Assembly (NCBI GenBank): GCA_002952755.1
Contig: CP025011.1
Span: 870,001 to 902,000 of the forward strand
Direction of reading: 5' to 3'
DNA from: Candidatus Saccharimonadota bacterium
Lineage (GTDB): Bacteria > Patescibacteriota > Saccharimonadia > Saccharimonadales > UBA4665
DNA: 32,000 nucleotides
In this document: in pieces, positions 16,142 through 24,107 of the stretch
Layout of the letters: each line of letters starts with the position of its first letter
Numbering within the stretch: position 1 is the first letter of the stretch
Notes under the pieces: generated by a model
What the model was told of the DNA's origin: nothing
Databases searched by the model: none
What the model saw: only the letters and a program-made list of their open reading frames with translations
Program-made: the position numbers and the translations under genes

Positions 16142-16574
16142 ACTACTACTCTCATTTACGCGAGTAACTGAACCTGGCGCATTTCTACATATAGCTATAC
16201 TATACCTAGATAAATGTGTCAAACATAAGCCAGCCCCGAACTACCTTCTACATATATATTAATTACTATAACTTCATCATTGAAAAATGAATGTGCTTGC
16301 AGTGCCTAAAAGACAATTCGGGCGAGCCCTAGATAGAGGCTTTAATCTGTGTACTACATTAGCTAGCGCAAGAAACACGTAACGATTGGGTGTTCGGGAT
16401 GAGTATTACTTAGAGCTAAAGATGTAAATATTCTAACGTTGTAATAAATGTACTATCAGTAGACTGTAAGCTATTGGCTAAAACGAAAGGGTGGGTGGGC
16501 AAAAAGTATACTCTTACATGTTATAACATGCTCTCTTTAGAGCGTTTCTATAAACTCTTGAATAGGAAATATAG

Positions 16575-17693
16575 ATGAAATTAAAATACTATCAACACGG
16601 AATGCGGCGAACCCTCAATACAGTTCGTATCCTGCTCGCAAGCGCCCTGCTCAGCAGCTTCTCGCTTGCAGCCGTAAGCGCCACAAGCGTTAGCAACGCT
16701 ACAAAGCCGCAAGTTAGCACCCAGGCAATTCACAACACCATAAGTCAAGAGGTGCCTGCAAAGGGAGATGCGCATGGTAACGTAGTTCACCCGGACACAA
16801 CCTGGACGCTTTCGCTAGCAGCAAGCTCGAACAACCTATGGCCAACCCAGTCATCGACGCTTACTGCAACTACCAATATGAACGTGGGGCCTACTCCTTA
16901 CTACATCGAGATCTTTGATAACACAGCACATAACTACGTCGCCATCTGTGCAACAGGTACCAGTTGTACGGCAACCGTCACCCAGCCCCAGCCGACAACC
17001 CACAGCTATATCGCTTACGTGGCATACTATCCATCGAGCATGAGCACACCCCCAACGGGCATCCAGGCATCCGCCAGTGCCTATGTCTTATGGCACGGCG
17101 TCAACATTACTCTTGCGGTCAACTATAGTACGTTGCCCCTCAATGGCGTCGCGACGCTAACCAGCACCACCAGCCAGGATATCAGTACTGCGCCGCAGTG
17201 GACTGAGATCTACGACGCTACGACTGGTACTCGCCTCAATGACTGTGGCTTTGGAACGACTTGCAGCGCAACAATCAGCGAAGCTGCCGCTACAACCCAC
17301 AAATTCGTAGCGTATGTTTCAAATCTCAGTACACTCAATCCACCAACAGGCATTATTGCCACCTCTAACGCTGTTTTCACTACATGGACAAGTGGCAACT
17401 ATCGGGTATCACTCACCGGTCCCACGACAACATACGGTAGTCCGGTCACACTGACAGCGACATCCAATGTTAATGTTGGGCCTACCCCTTACTACATCGA
17501 GATCTACAATGTCGATACCGGGGCTCGTATTGCGGTGTGTGGCACAGGTACAACCTGCAGCGCTTCAGCGTCACTTCACTACGGAGCTAACCACTTTGAG
17601 GCTTTCATCTCATCCTACAGCACAGTACTACCGCCGTCGGGTACACAAGCAACTTCCAACGAACTAACCACCTTCTTGCGGATCATACCTTAG
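16575..17693 (+). CDS. Secreted or surface protein with three tandem repeats of about 98 aa
   Basis: 372-aa ORF with AGGAAA upstream. Signal peptide MRRTLNTVRILLASALLSSFSLAAVSA. Three repeats each carry VGPTPYYIEI(F/Y)-type or QWTEIYD strands and a C-x2-G-T-(S/T)-C-(S/T)-A cysteine pair. The protein is Thr/Ser-rich. Confidence 0.8.
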   Translation: MKLKYYQHGMRRTLNTVRILLASALLSSFSLAAVSATSVSNATKPQVSTQAIHNTISQEVPAKGDAHGNVVHPDTTWTLSLAASSNNLWPTQSSTLTATTNMNVGPTPYYIEIFDNTAHNYVAICATGTSCTATVTQPQPTTHSYIAYVAYYPSSMSTPPTGIQASASAYVLWHGVNITLAVNYSTLPLNGVATLTSTTSQDISTAPQWTEIYDATTGTRLNDCGFGTTCSATISEAAATTHKFVAYVSNLSTLNPPTGIIATSNAVFTTWTSGNYRVSLTGPTTTYGSPVTLTATSNVNVGPTPYYIEIYNVDTGARIAVCGTGTTCSASASLHYGANHFEAFISSYSTVLPPSGTQATSNELTTFLRIIP

Positions 17694-17717
17694 CAAGCGG
17701 TAGCAACCCGTTATATA

Positions 17718-17747
17718 GAAGAGCGCCCATGTAGCTGGGCGCTCTTC
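17718..17747 (+). terminator. Terminator hairpin after the surface-protein gene
   Basis: 12-bp stem GAAGAGCGCCCA / TGGGCGCTCTTC with a 6-nt loop. The U-tract is weak (ACCTTATT). Confidence 0.6.
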
Positions 17748-17812
17748 ACCTTATTACACAACTACTCAACACTAAAAAGGCAGATTGACTTTTTAAAACG
17801 ATCGTCGTACAC

Positions 17813-17840
17813 TTGACATATTGGAGCTTACTGTATAAGT
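17813..17840 (+). promoter_or_regulatory. Candidate promoter of secE-nusG
   Basis: TTGACA (17813-17818), a 16-nt spacer, and an extended -10 TGT-ATAAGT (17832-17840). A second weaker candidate is TTGACT (17785-17790) with TACACT. Confidence 0.4.
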
Positions 17841-17867
17841 AGGCTCTTTTTAATGAGGGAGAAACGT

Positions 17868-18257
17868 GTGGCACAAGCGGAAGACAAGCCAAAACGCCGG
17901 ATAGTCAAAAAGGCTGAAACCGTGCGCGAGGCGGCCGAAAAAAGCGCGCAGGTGCAGCCCAAAAAAGGCGGCGTGTTGCGACTGAGTTTACACTATATCA
18001 GTTTGCCGTTTCGGATTATCGGACGGCCGTTTACGGGGTTAGGCAAGTTCAAACCTTTTCGGATTATCGGCTACATACTATGGCCCAAATATTTCCGTAA
18101 TAGTTTTAAGGAGCTTCGCCAGGTGACGTGGCCTAACCGGCGCGAATCTTTCCAGCTCACCAGCGCGGTGTTAGTATTCGCAACGATCTTTGGCATTATG
18201 ATCGCCCTCGTCGACTACGGATTAGACAAATTATTTAAACAGGTTTTATTGAAATAA
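17868..18257 (+). CDS. secE: Preprotein translocase subunit SecE with a long N-terminal extension
   Basis: The C-terminal part, FKELRQVTWPNRRESFQLTSAVLVFATIFGIMIALVDYGLDKLF, is canonical SecE. The GTG at 17868 sits 6 nt after GAGGGAG. The ORF track start is ATG 17853. Confidence 0.85.
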   Translation: MAQAEDKPKRRIVKKAETVREAAEKSAQVQPKKGGVLRLSLHYISLPFRIIGRPFTGLGKFKPFRIIGYILWPKYFRNSFKELRQVTWPNRRESFQLTSAVLVFATIFGIMIALVDYGLDKLFKQVLLK

Positions 18258-18258
18258 C

Positions 18259-18801
18259 ATGAATAAGCGTTACGATGCAACCAAACAGTGGTATGCAATT
18301 CACACCTACAGCGGCTACGAAGAGAAGGTGGCTGAGAGCATTCGCCAGCGCGCGGATAGCCTGGACATGAAAGACAAAATCTTCCAGGTGCTCGTGCCAA
18401 AAGAAAAGATGATCGAGATCAAGAACGGCAAGCGTCGCGTTGTCGAAAAGCGCATCTTCCAGGGCTATGTCCTCGTACAAATGAAGATGAGCGAAGACGC
18501 CTGGTATATCGTGCGTAACACCCCGAGCGTGACCGGCTTTGTAGGTAGCGGCTCTGAGCCGACTCCCGTGAGTGAAGATGAAATCGAAAAGATTCAGAAG
18601 CGCATGGGCCTGGAGCAGCCGAAGCACAAGATCGACTATCGCCTGGGCGAAGTGGTCAGCATCACCGACGGTCCATTCAAGGGCTTCGATGGCTCGATCA
18701 ACGAAATTGATGCCGCCAAGGGCAAACTCAAGGTGCTCGTCAATATGTTTGGCCGCGAAACTCCGGTAGAACTCGACAGTCTGCAAGTAAAACGCGTTTA
18801 G
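18259..18801 (+). CDS. nusG: Transcription termination/antitermination factor NusG
   Basis: 180 aa with the NGN domain (WYAIHTYSGYEEKV) and the KOW motif (GEVVSITDGPFKGFDGSINEID). It starts 1 nt after the secE stop. Confidence 0.95.
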   Translation: MNKRYDATKQWYAIHTYSGYEEKVAESIRQRADSLDMKDKIFQVLVPKEKMIEIKNGKRRVVEKRIFQGYVLVQMKMSEDAWYIVRNTPSVTGFVGSGSEPTPVSEDEIEKIQKRMGLEQPKHKIDYRLGEVVSITDGPFKGFDGSINEIDAAKGKLKVLVNMFGRETPVELDSLQVKRV

Positions 18802-19114
18802 ATATGTCCGCAGAGCGACCCCAGCCCTCATTTCTCCAGGCTCAAGAAGAAATAGATAAAGTGCGGGGCATAGGCCTGGCAATAATGATGGCGTCTGACT
18901 TGGAAGCAATATGTAATAATAGCGCGGCGCCCGAGTCACTCGCAGCTGCTGCTATCGGCAGCCTCGCATACCTGAGTGCGGCGATTAGGCAGCGCTCCCT
19001 CGACAAAAGACGGAGTACTATTGTATAATAGATAGGTTACGCACTACTTAAAGGTAGGAGAGCAGGCAAGAGGCTTCTAACTCTTACATTGCCCGTAAAA
19101 GGAGACTTAATTAT

Positions 19115-19543
19115 ATGGCAAAAGCCGTAAAAGCAAACTTAAAAATGAAAATTCCCGCTGGCCGCGCTTCTGCTGCGCCACCCGTGGGTAGCAGTCTTGG
19201 TCAGCACGGGGTGAACATGATGGATTTCATCAACCCGTTCAACGACCAAACCAAAGACTTAAACGGTCAAACCCTGACTGTACACATCACTATCTACGAA
19301 GACCGTACCATGAGCTGGCGCTATGTAAGCTTACCTACCGATGACCGCATCCGCGCCGCCCTGGGTATCCAAAAAGGCTCTGGCCGCCCCAACAGCGAAA
19401 AGGTTAGCAAAAAACTGACCGACGCCATGCTCACCCAGATCGCCGAAGAAAAAGCTCGCGACATGAACACCGACGACATTCCAGCCGTCAAAAAGATGGT
19501 TGCAGGCACTGCCCGCAGCATGGGCGTTGAAGTCGAAGGGTAG
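19115..19543 (+). CDS. rplK: 50S ribosomal protein L11
   Basis: 142 aa with PAGRASAAPPVGSSLGQHGVNMMDF and GTARSMGVEVEG. AAAGGAG lies upstream. Confidence 0.95.
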   Translation: MAKAVKANLKMKIPAGRASAAPPVGSSLGQHGVNMMDFINPFNDQTKDLNGQTLTVHITIYEDRTMSWRYVSLPTDDRIRAALGIQKGSGRPNSEKVSKKLTDAMLTQIAEEKARDMNTDDIPAVKKMVAGTARSMGVEVEG

Positions 19544-19552
19544 AGTCTCGAC

Positions 19553-19852
19553 ATGTCGAGCAATGTTCTGAGCTATCCCGCAAATCAAGAACGTTTTGGA
19601 GAGAGGCTTACGGCAGAAGAACTCAAGCAAGGGATTGAACATACCTGGAAGCTTGCAGATCAAGCTGACCGTGCAGGAGAGATTGAAGACGCACAATGGC
19701 TAGAAGAAATAGCCGACAAAACGAGGCACGAATATCCCGGACTTTATGAAGAGGCATATGGCGCGCCGAAGCAATTCATCGTATCAACTGGCGTAGGCTG
19801 TCTTTTAAGCGACACCTTATTAGGAGTTAACAATAATACGTGGGAGGCTTAA
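19553..19852 (+). CDS. Hypothetical 99-aa ORF filling the rplK-rplA gap
   Basis: The ORF fits exactly between the rplK stop (19543) and the rplA start (19885). Its composition is not repetitive. No clear SD is present. The ATG sits at the centre of the 14-nt palindrome CTCGACATGTCGAG (19547-19560). Confidence 0.45.
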   Translation: MSSNVLSYPANQERFGERLTAEELKQGIEHTWKLADQADRAGEIEDAQWLEEIADKTRHEYPGLYEEAYGAPKQFIVSTGVGCLLSDTLLGVNNNTWEA

Positions 19853-19884
19853 TCGCCGCCAGCACCACGAAAGGAATAAATACC

Positions 19885-20784
19885 ATGAGTAAAGAAGACG
19901 TACAAGAAAACGAAGAGCAGACCACACCTACAACTGTAGATGAAGCTCCTGTAGAAGAAGTAAAAACCGCCAAGGCTGGCAAGCGCAGCGAAAAAGCACT
20001 CAAAGAAGCTGAGGCAAAAGAAGCCAAGGAAGAACGCAAGGCCCAAAAAGTCGAAGCTGATGCCGAAGCCGAGAACAAACCCAAGCAGCACGCTAATCCT
20101 ACGCGCACTCGCTTGGAGCGTCAGGGTAAAAAGTTCCGCAGCAGTGCCGAGCTCGTCGATAAGAGCAAAACTTACACGCTTCCCGAAGCGGTCGAGCTGG
20201 CTACCAAGACTAGCCCGGTTAAGTTTGACGCTAGCGTTGAGCTGCACATCAATCTCAACGTCGACCCACGCCACGCCGATCAAAACATCCGCGACAACCT
20301 GGTTCTGCCTGCCGGAACCGGCAAGACTATCCGTGTTGCTGTTATGGATGACGAAAAAGTAGCAAATGCCGATCTTACCGGCGTCGAGAACATCACCAAG
20401 GCGCTGGAAAAGGGCGAGATCAACTTCGATGTGCTTATTTCCACCCCCGCGCAAATGCCAAAGCTGGGTAAATACGCCCGCTTACTGGGGCCTCGCGGCT
20501 TGATGCCAAACCCTAAGAGCGGCACTGTTACGACTGACCTAGCAAAGGCAGTCGCCGAAGCTAAGGCTGGCCGCGTCGAATACCGCGTAGACAGCACCGG
20601 TATCGTGCACCTGGCCATTGGTAAGGTAAGCTTTGGCGCGCAGAAGCTTGAAGAAAACGCTCGCGCCGTGCTCGCTTCTATCAAGGGCAACAAGCCCGCC
20701 AGCGTAAAGAGCAACTACGTGAAAGCGATCCATATGGCGACAACCATGGGCCCATCGATCACGATTGCCACAAACGAACTTTAG
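19885..20784 (+). CDS. rplA: 50S ribosomal protein L1 with an N-terminal Lys/Glu/Ala-rich extension of about 76 aa
   Basis: The canonical L1 body starts near RQGKKFRSSAELVDKSKTYTLPEAVELA (about nt 20113) and includes GTGKTIRVAV and GPRGLMPNPKSGTVT. The ATG at 19885 is preceded by AAAGGA. An in-frame TTG at 20113 is an alternative start but has no SD. Confidence 0.9.
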   Translation: MSKEDVQENEEQTTPTTVDEAPVEEVKTAKAGKRSEKALKEAEAKEAKEERKAQKVEADAEAENKPKQHANPTRTRLERQGKKFRSSAELVDKSKTYTLPEAVELATKTSPVKFDASVELHINLNVDPRHADQNIRDNLVLPAGTGKTIRVAVMDDEKVANADLTGVENITKALEKGEINFDVLISTPAQMPKLGKYARLLGPRGLMPNPKSGTVTTDLAKAVAEAKAGRVEYRVDSTGIVHLAIGKVSFGAQKLEENARAVLASIKGNKPASVKSNYVKAIHMATTMGPSITIATNEL

Positions 20785-20801
20785 AGTTTCCTACTCAACA
20801 A

Positions 20802-20835
20802 AAAAGATCGCTCAACCTGGGTGATCTTTTTGTTA
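20802..20835 (+). terminator. Rho-independent terminator of the rplKA transcript
   Basis: Stem AGATCGC / GTGATCT (one G-U pair) with a 9-nt loop, followed by TTTTTGTTAT. Confidence 0.65.
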
Positions 20836-20847
20836 TATTGCCTATCA

Positions 20848-20950
20848 GCTGGTCATTCTTCTGCGTGGGGTAGAGCGTTTCACGCAGGCCGACTAAAGTC
20901 GGTCTGGTTGCACTACGCCTGACTCTACCCCACGCAGAAGAATGACCAGC
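20848..20950. repeat. Perfect 28-bp inverted repeat enclosing 47 nt
   Basis: GCTGGTCATTCTTCTGCGTGGGGTAGAG (20848-20875) is the exact reverse complement of 20923-20950. The interior has its own hairpin GGCCGAC-TAAA-GTCGGTC. It lies between the convergent rplA and the MprF-like gene. Confidence 0.85.
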
Positions 20951-20969
20951 CTCCGACCCCTAGTAAACG

Positions 20970-22652
20970 CTAAATCTTCATGGCTTTATTGAGTGCATTG
21001 AGTACGCGTGTAAAGCCACGGATACCGCCGCGGTAAGCGATGTAGCGCCCACTCCACTGTGGTTCATACTTGGCTTTAAAACGCCGCAGGCCGCTAAAGG
21101 AGTAGAAACGATCGCCATTGGCATATAAAAATCGCAGTGCGCTATCAATAACCGAACGCTCCTCATCTGTAGTATCTAGCCCGGAGAGGGGGCACAGGCC
21201 TAAATTCACCCGTTTAAAACCCTTTTCGTGCGCGTACTCAATAAACTGCATCAACAGGAAGTCATTCGCATTACCGAGGCTTTTATGTGTGTGGCGCAGC
21301 AAATCAAAATTCGCCTCCTCAGAATCGTATGACATTACCTGGTTAATGAATGCCTGGATTGTACCGGCAGCGTCACGCAAGACCAGTACAGGGCACTCCT
21401 GCATATACTCGCTACTAAAATAGCCCATCAGGAAGCGGCGTTCGGCTCGCCCTGGCTGTTTGAGCCAGTCGTCTGAAATAGTGCTAAGCCGGTCGATAAC
21501 CGCATCGTTGTGGGGAGGCAAGAGCATTTCCGAGGTAAAACCCTGTTTGGTAAACTTGTTGGTAATCTGCCGAAAATATTTGTTGCCGCGCACGTTTTGG
21601 CGGAAATGCGCAATATCCAGAACTGCCTCTTCGCCAATCTTTTGTAGACCAAAGTCCTGACTCTTATAGAGAGGCGTATGATGCGGCTCAGTATGGATAA
21701 AAGCCATCATCCAGTCGTTCGTGCGGCAAAACTCAGTAAAGCTCGCTAGTAGGCTGTCGTAGTCGTTCGTGTGGCCAAAGGGGTCCCCAACCACCAACGC
21801 GACGCCGTGACGTACGCCATACGCCAGACCTGCCGTGTGCGAAAGATTAAAGAAGTACTGCTTATCGTGCGGCCAAAGCTTAAAGTAATCCTCACTGCTG
21901 CCTCCATGCCGCCTTAAAAGCTGCTCGGCCAATACGCGTTGTTGCGATTCGTCAACAAGCCGCGAGCGAATGGGCTGAAACAGCGACACAATCGCATAGC
22001 TTACTGCCCCTAAGCTGACGACACTGAGCGAATCTAAAAACAACTTGGCGCGGCGGGTGTGCGGCTGCAATGCGTGCGTAGTAGTTAAATCGAACTGGTC
22101 GACGGTGCGGTGCATAGCTTCGACAAGGGAGATCTCCTGATGGAAATCGCGGCGGTCCATGAGCATAAAGCCGGTCGTACCGTACACGAAGGCAACTGCC
22201 AGCACTAGAAGGGTGAAACGGAGCGAAAACCGAAAGCTCTGCAAGTCACTCCGCACCGTAAACTGTTTGCGGAGTCCCCATAGCCCCCCTACAGCCAGGA
22301 GTGGCAATATAAGGGTGCGTATGGCGGCAATCAACGGGTGCCGCACTTCTGGTAAGTCGTGTATACGGTACAGGGCAAAGGCAAAAATCGCCGCATAAAT
22401 AATCAACGCCGCCGCCCAGGCAGTGCGCTTCTGACGGCGAAGCAAGGCGCTCAGATACAGCAGAGTAAGACCAAACAAGAGGGGAACATCAAATACCAGC
22501 CCACTAACGTGCAAAAAATGGTGACGGCTGGCATGAAAATCGAGCTGCTCAGCGAGCGTGCCCCCAATCATCAATAGGCCATGCACGCCTATACCGTAGG
22601 CCAAAACCTTCAGCAACAACGAGCGCCGCGGGGATGTGCGTGTCGCAATCAT
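20970..22652 (-). CDS. MprF-like aminoacyl-phosphatidylglycerol synthase (short form: TM anchor + DUF2156 synthase domain)
   Basis: 560 aa. The N-terminal 230 aa or so are multi-TM. The C-terminal domain carries FKRVNLGLCPLSG and YSFSGLRRFKAKYEPQWSGRYIAY, typical of the LPG-synthase C-terminal domain. Confidence 0.85.
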   Translation of the reverse strand: MIATRTSPRRSLLLKVLAYGIGVHGLLMIGGTLAEQLDFHASRHHFLHVSGLVFDVPLLFGLTLLYLSALLRRQKRTAWAAALIIYAAIFAFALYRIHDLPEVRHPLIAAIRTLILPLLAVGGLWGLRKQFTVRSDLQSFRFSLRFTLLVLAVAFVYGTTGFMLMDRRDFHQEISLVEAMHRTVDQFDLTTTHALQPHTRRAKLFLDSLSVVSLGAVSYAIVSLFQPIRSRLVDESQQRVLAEQLLRRHGGSSEDYFKLWPHDKQYFFNLSHTAGLAYGVRHGVALVVGDPFGHTNDYDSLLASFTEFCRTNDWMMAFIHTEPHHTPLYKSQDFGLQKIGEEAVLDIAHFRQNVRGNKYFRQITNKFTKQGFTSEMLLPPHNDAVIDRLSTISDDWLKQPGRAERRFLMGYFSSEYMQECPVLVLRDAAGTIQAFINQVMSYDSEEANFDLLRHTHKSLGNANDFLLMQFIEYAHEKGFKRVNLGLCPLSGLDTTDEERSVIDSALRFLYANGDRFYSFSGLRRFKAKYEPQWSGRYIAYRGGIRGFTRVLNALNKAMKI

Positions 22653-22898
22653 ACGTTACTAGTAGTGTAGCAAGTTTTTCTCGTGGCAGCATGGCCGACT
22701 TTACAAATCAAAGTGAGCTGAGGCATACTCTATCTAAAGTAACGAATAAGATAGGATATACACATGACGCAAACCGACGACGCTGCAGCAGACGGTTACT
22801 ATGCTGAAGACGAAATGGGCATGGACGAACTAGACCTCAGTTTTCTCGACAAAGATGACGAGGCGAAGTAGCTTCTCAGGCTGAGCAGAAAAACGCAT

Positions 22899-24050
22899 AT
22901 GAAAATCGGCATCGTTGTTCCGCATATCTTTATGCACCGGGACATCCTGCCTGAGGTTATCTTTTCGCCAGCCCCTTTAGCACTTGGTCTGGCCGAGGGG
23001 TTGCAAAAGCTGGGTGAGACGGTGACGCTCTTTTCTCCAGGGCCTATAGACACTGCCGTCAAAAATAGTACGGCTGACCTGCACTTGTTTGAGCAAGAGC
23101 TTGCCGGCCGCGGCGACACCTATGTCGATCTGCTCAAGAAGCATCCCGTTACTTTCGTGAGCCTAGCCCGGCAAGTACAAGCCGAACTCATCGCCAAAGC
23201 CTATGGCATGGCCAATAAGGGCGAGTTGGACATCGTACACATCTATACCAACGAAGAAGATATCGCATTACCGTTTGCACAGCTGTGCGCCAGGCCGGTC
23301 ATTTTTACGCACCACGACCCGTTTAACTTCCTTATCAAATACAAGAATATCTTCCCGAAATACCCATATCTCAACTGGCTCTCTGTGTCTCTTGCTCAGC
23401 GTCATGGGATGCCTGAAGACACCAACTGGATAGGCAATATCTATCACGGGCTGCAAGAGTCGGCTTTGGCCGCTACTTATGAGCCGAAGGGCGGGTACGT
23501 CGCGTACTTGGGGAGAATTATCGAGGCCAAAGGCACTCACTTGGCAATTCAAGCGATACAGCGTTACAACAAGACCGCCAAAACGCCTCTCAAGCTCAAG
23601 ATTGCCGGCAAACATTATGCAGGCAGCAAGGACAGTTATTGGCGGGAGTATATCGAGCCCGAACTCAATGACCCCAACATCGAATATGTCGGTTTTATTA
23701 ACACCCTTCGTACCAAGCAAGACTTCCTCGGCAATGCCAGTGCGCTGCTTATGCCATCCGTCTTTGATGAACCCTTTGGTATGGTGCTCATCGAGTCACT
23801 CGCCTGTGGCACGCCAGTAATTGGCCTGGATTCCGGAGCATTACCCGAAGTTATTACTCACGGAAAAACGGGCTACATTGTATCCAAACAGAAAAACGAT
23901 ACAGATACAGCTGGAGCGCTTGCCGAGGCGATATGTAAAATTCCCTACCTCAGTCGCCAGCTATGCCGGAATGAGTTTGAGGCGCGCTTTACTATGCAGC
24001 GCATGTGTGAGGAGCACCGAGCGGTCTACCAACAACTAGTCCAGCAATAA
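22899..24050 (+). CDS. Family 4 (GT-B) glycosyltransferase
   Basis: 383 aa with the E-x7-E region PSVFDEPFGMVLIESLACGTPVIGLDSGALPEVITHGKTGYIV. Confidence 0.9.
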   Translation: MKIGIVVPHIFMHRDILPEVIFSPAPLALGLAEGLQKLGETVTLFSPGPIDTAVKNSTADLHLFEQELAGRGDTYVDLLKKHPVTFVSLARQVQAELIAKAYGMANKGELDIVHIYTNEEDIALPFAQLCARPVIFTHHDPFNFLIKYKNIFPKYPYLNWLSVSLAQRHGMPEDTNWIGNIYHGLQESALAATYEPKGGYVAYLGRIIEAKGTHLAIQAIQRYNKTAKTPLKLKIAGKHYAGSKDSYWREYIEPELNDPNIEYVGFINTLRTKQDFLGNASALLMPSVFDEPFGMVLIESLACGTPVIGLDSGALPEVITHGKTGYIVSKQKNDTDTAGALAEAICKIPYLSRQLCRNEFEARFTMQRMCEEHRAVYQQLVQQ

Positions 24051-24107
24051 CTGCAGCACACTGCTACAATGTGAGTAAGCAACTGCCATTTGAAGACAAG
24101 GAGAGTC

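Noticed and set aside
18235-18939. 234-aa minus-strand ORF. Similar long antisense ORFs occur at 19849-20454, 20280-20714, 12597-13034, 13041-13370, 22799-23119 and 23268-23720.
   Set aside because: They lie antisense to strongly supported genes (nusG, rplA, histidine kinase, GT4). Their translations are low-complexity or Arg/Ser/Leu-rich, as is typical of shadow frames in GC-balanced coding DNA.
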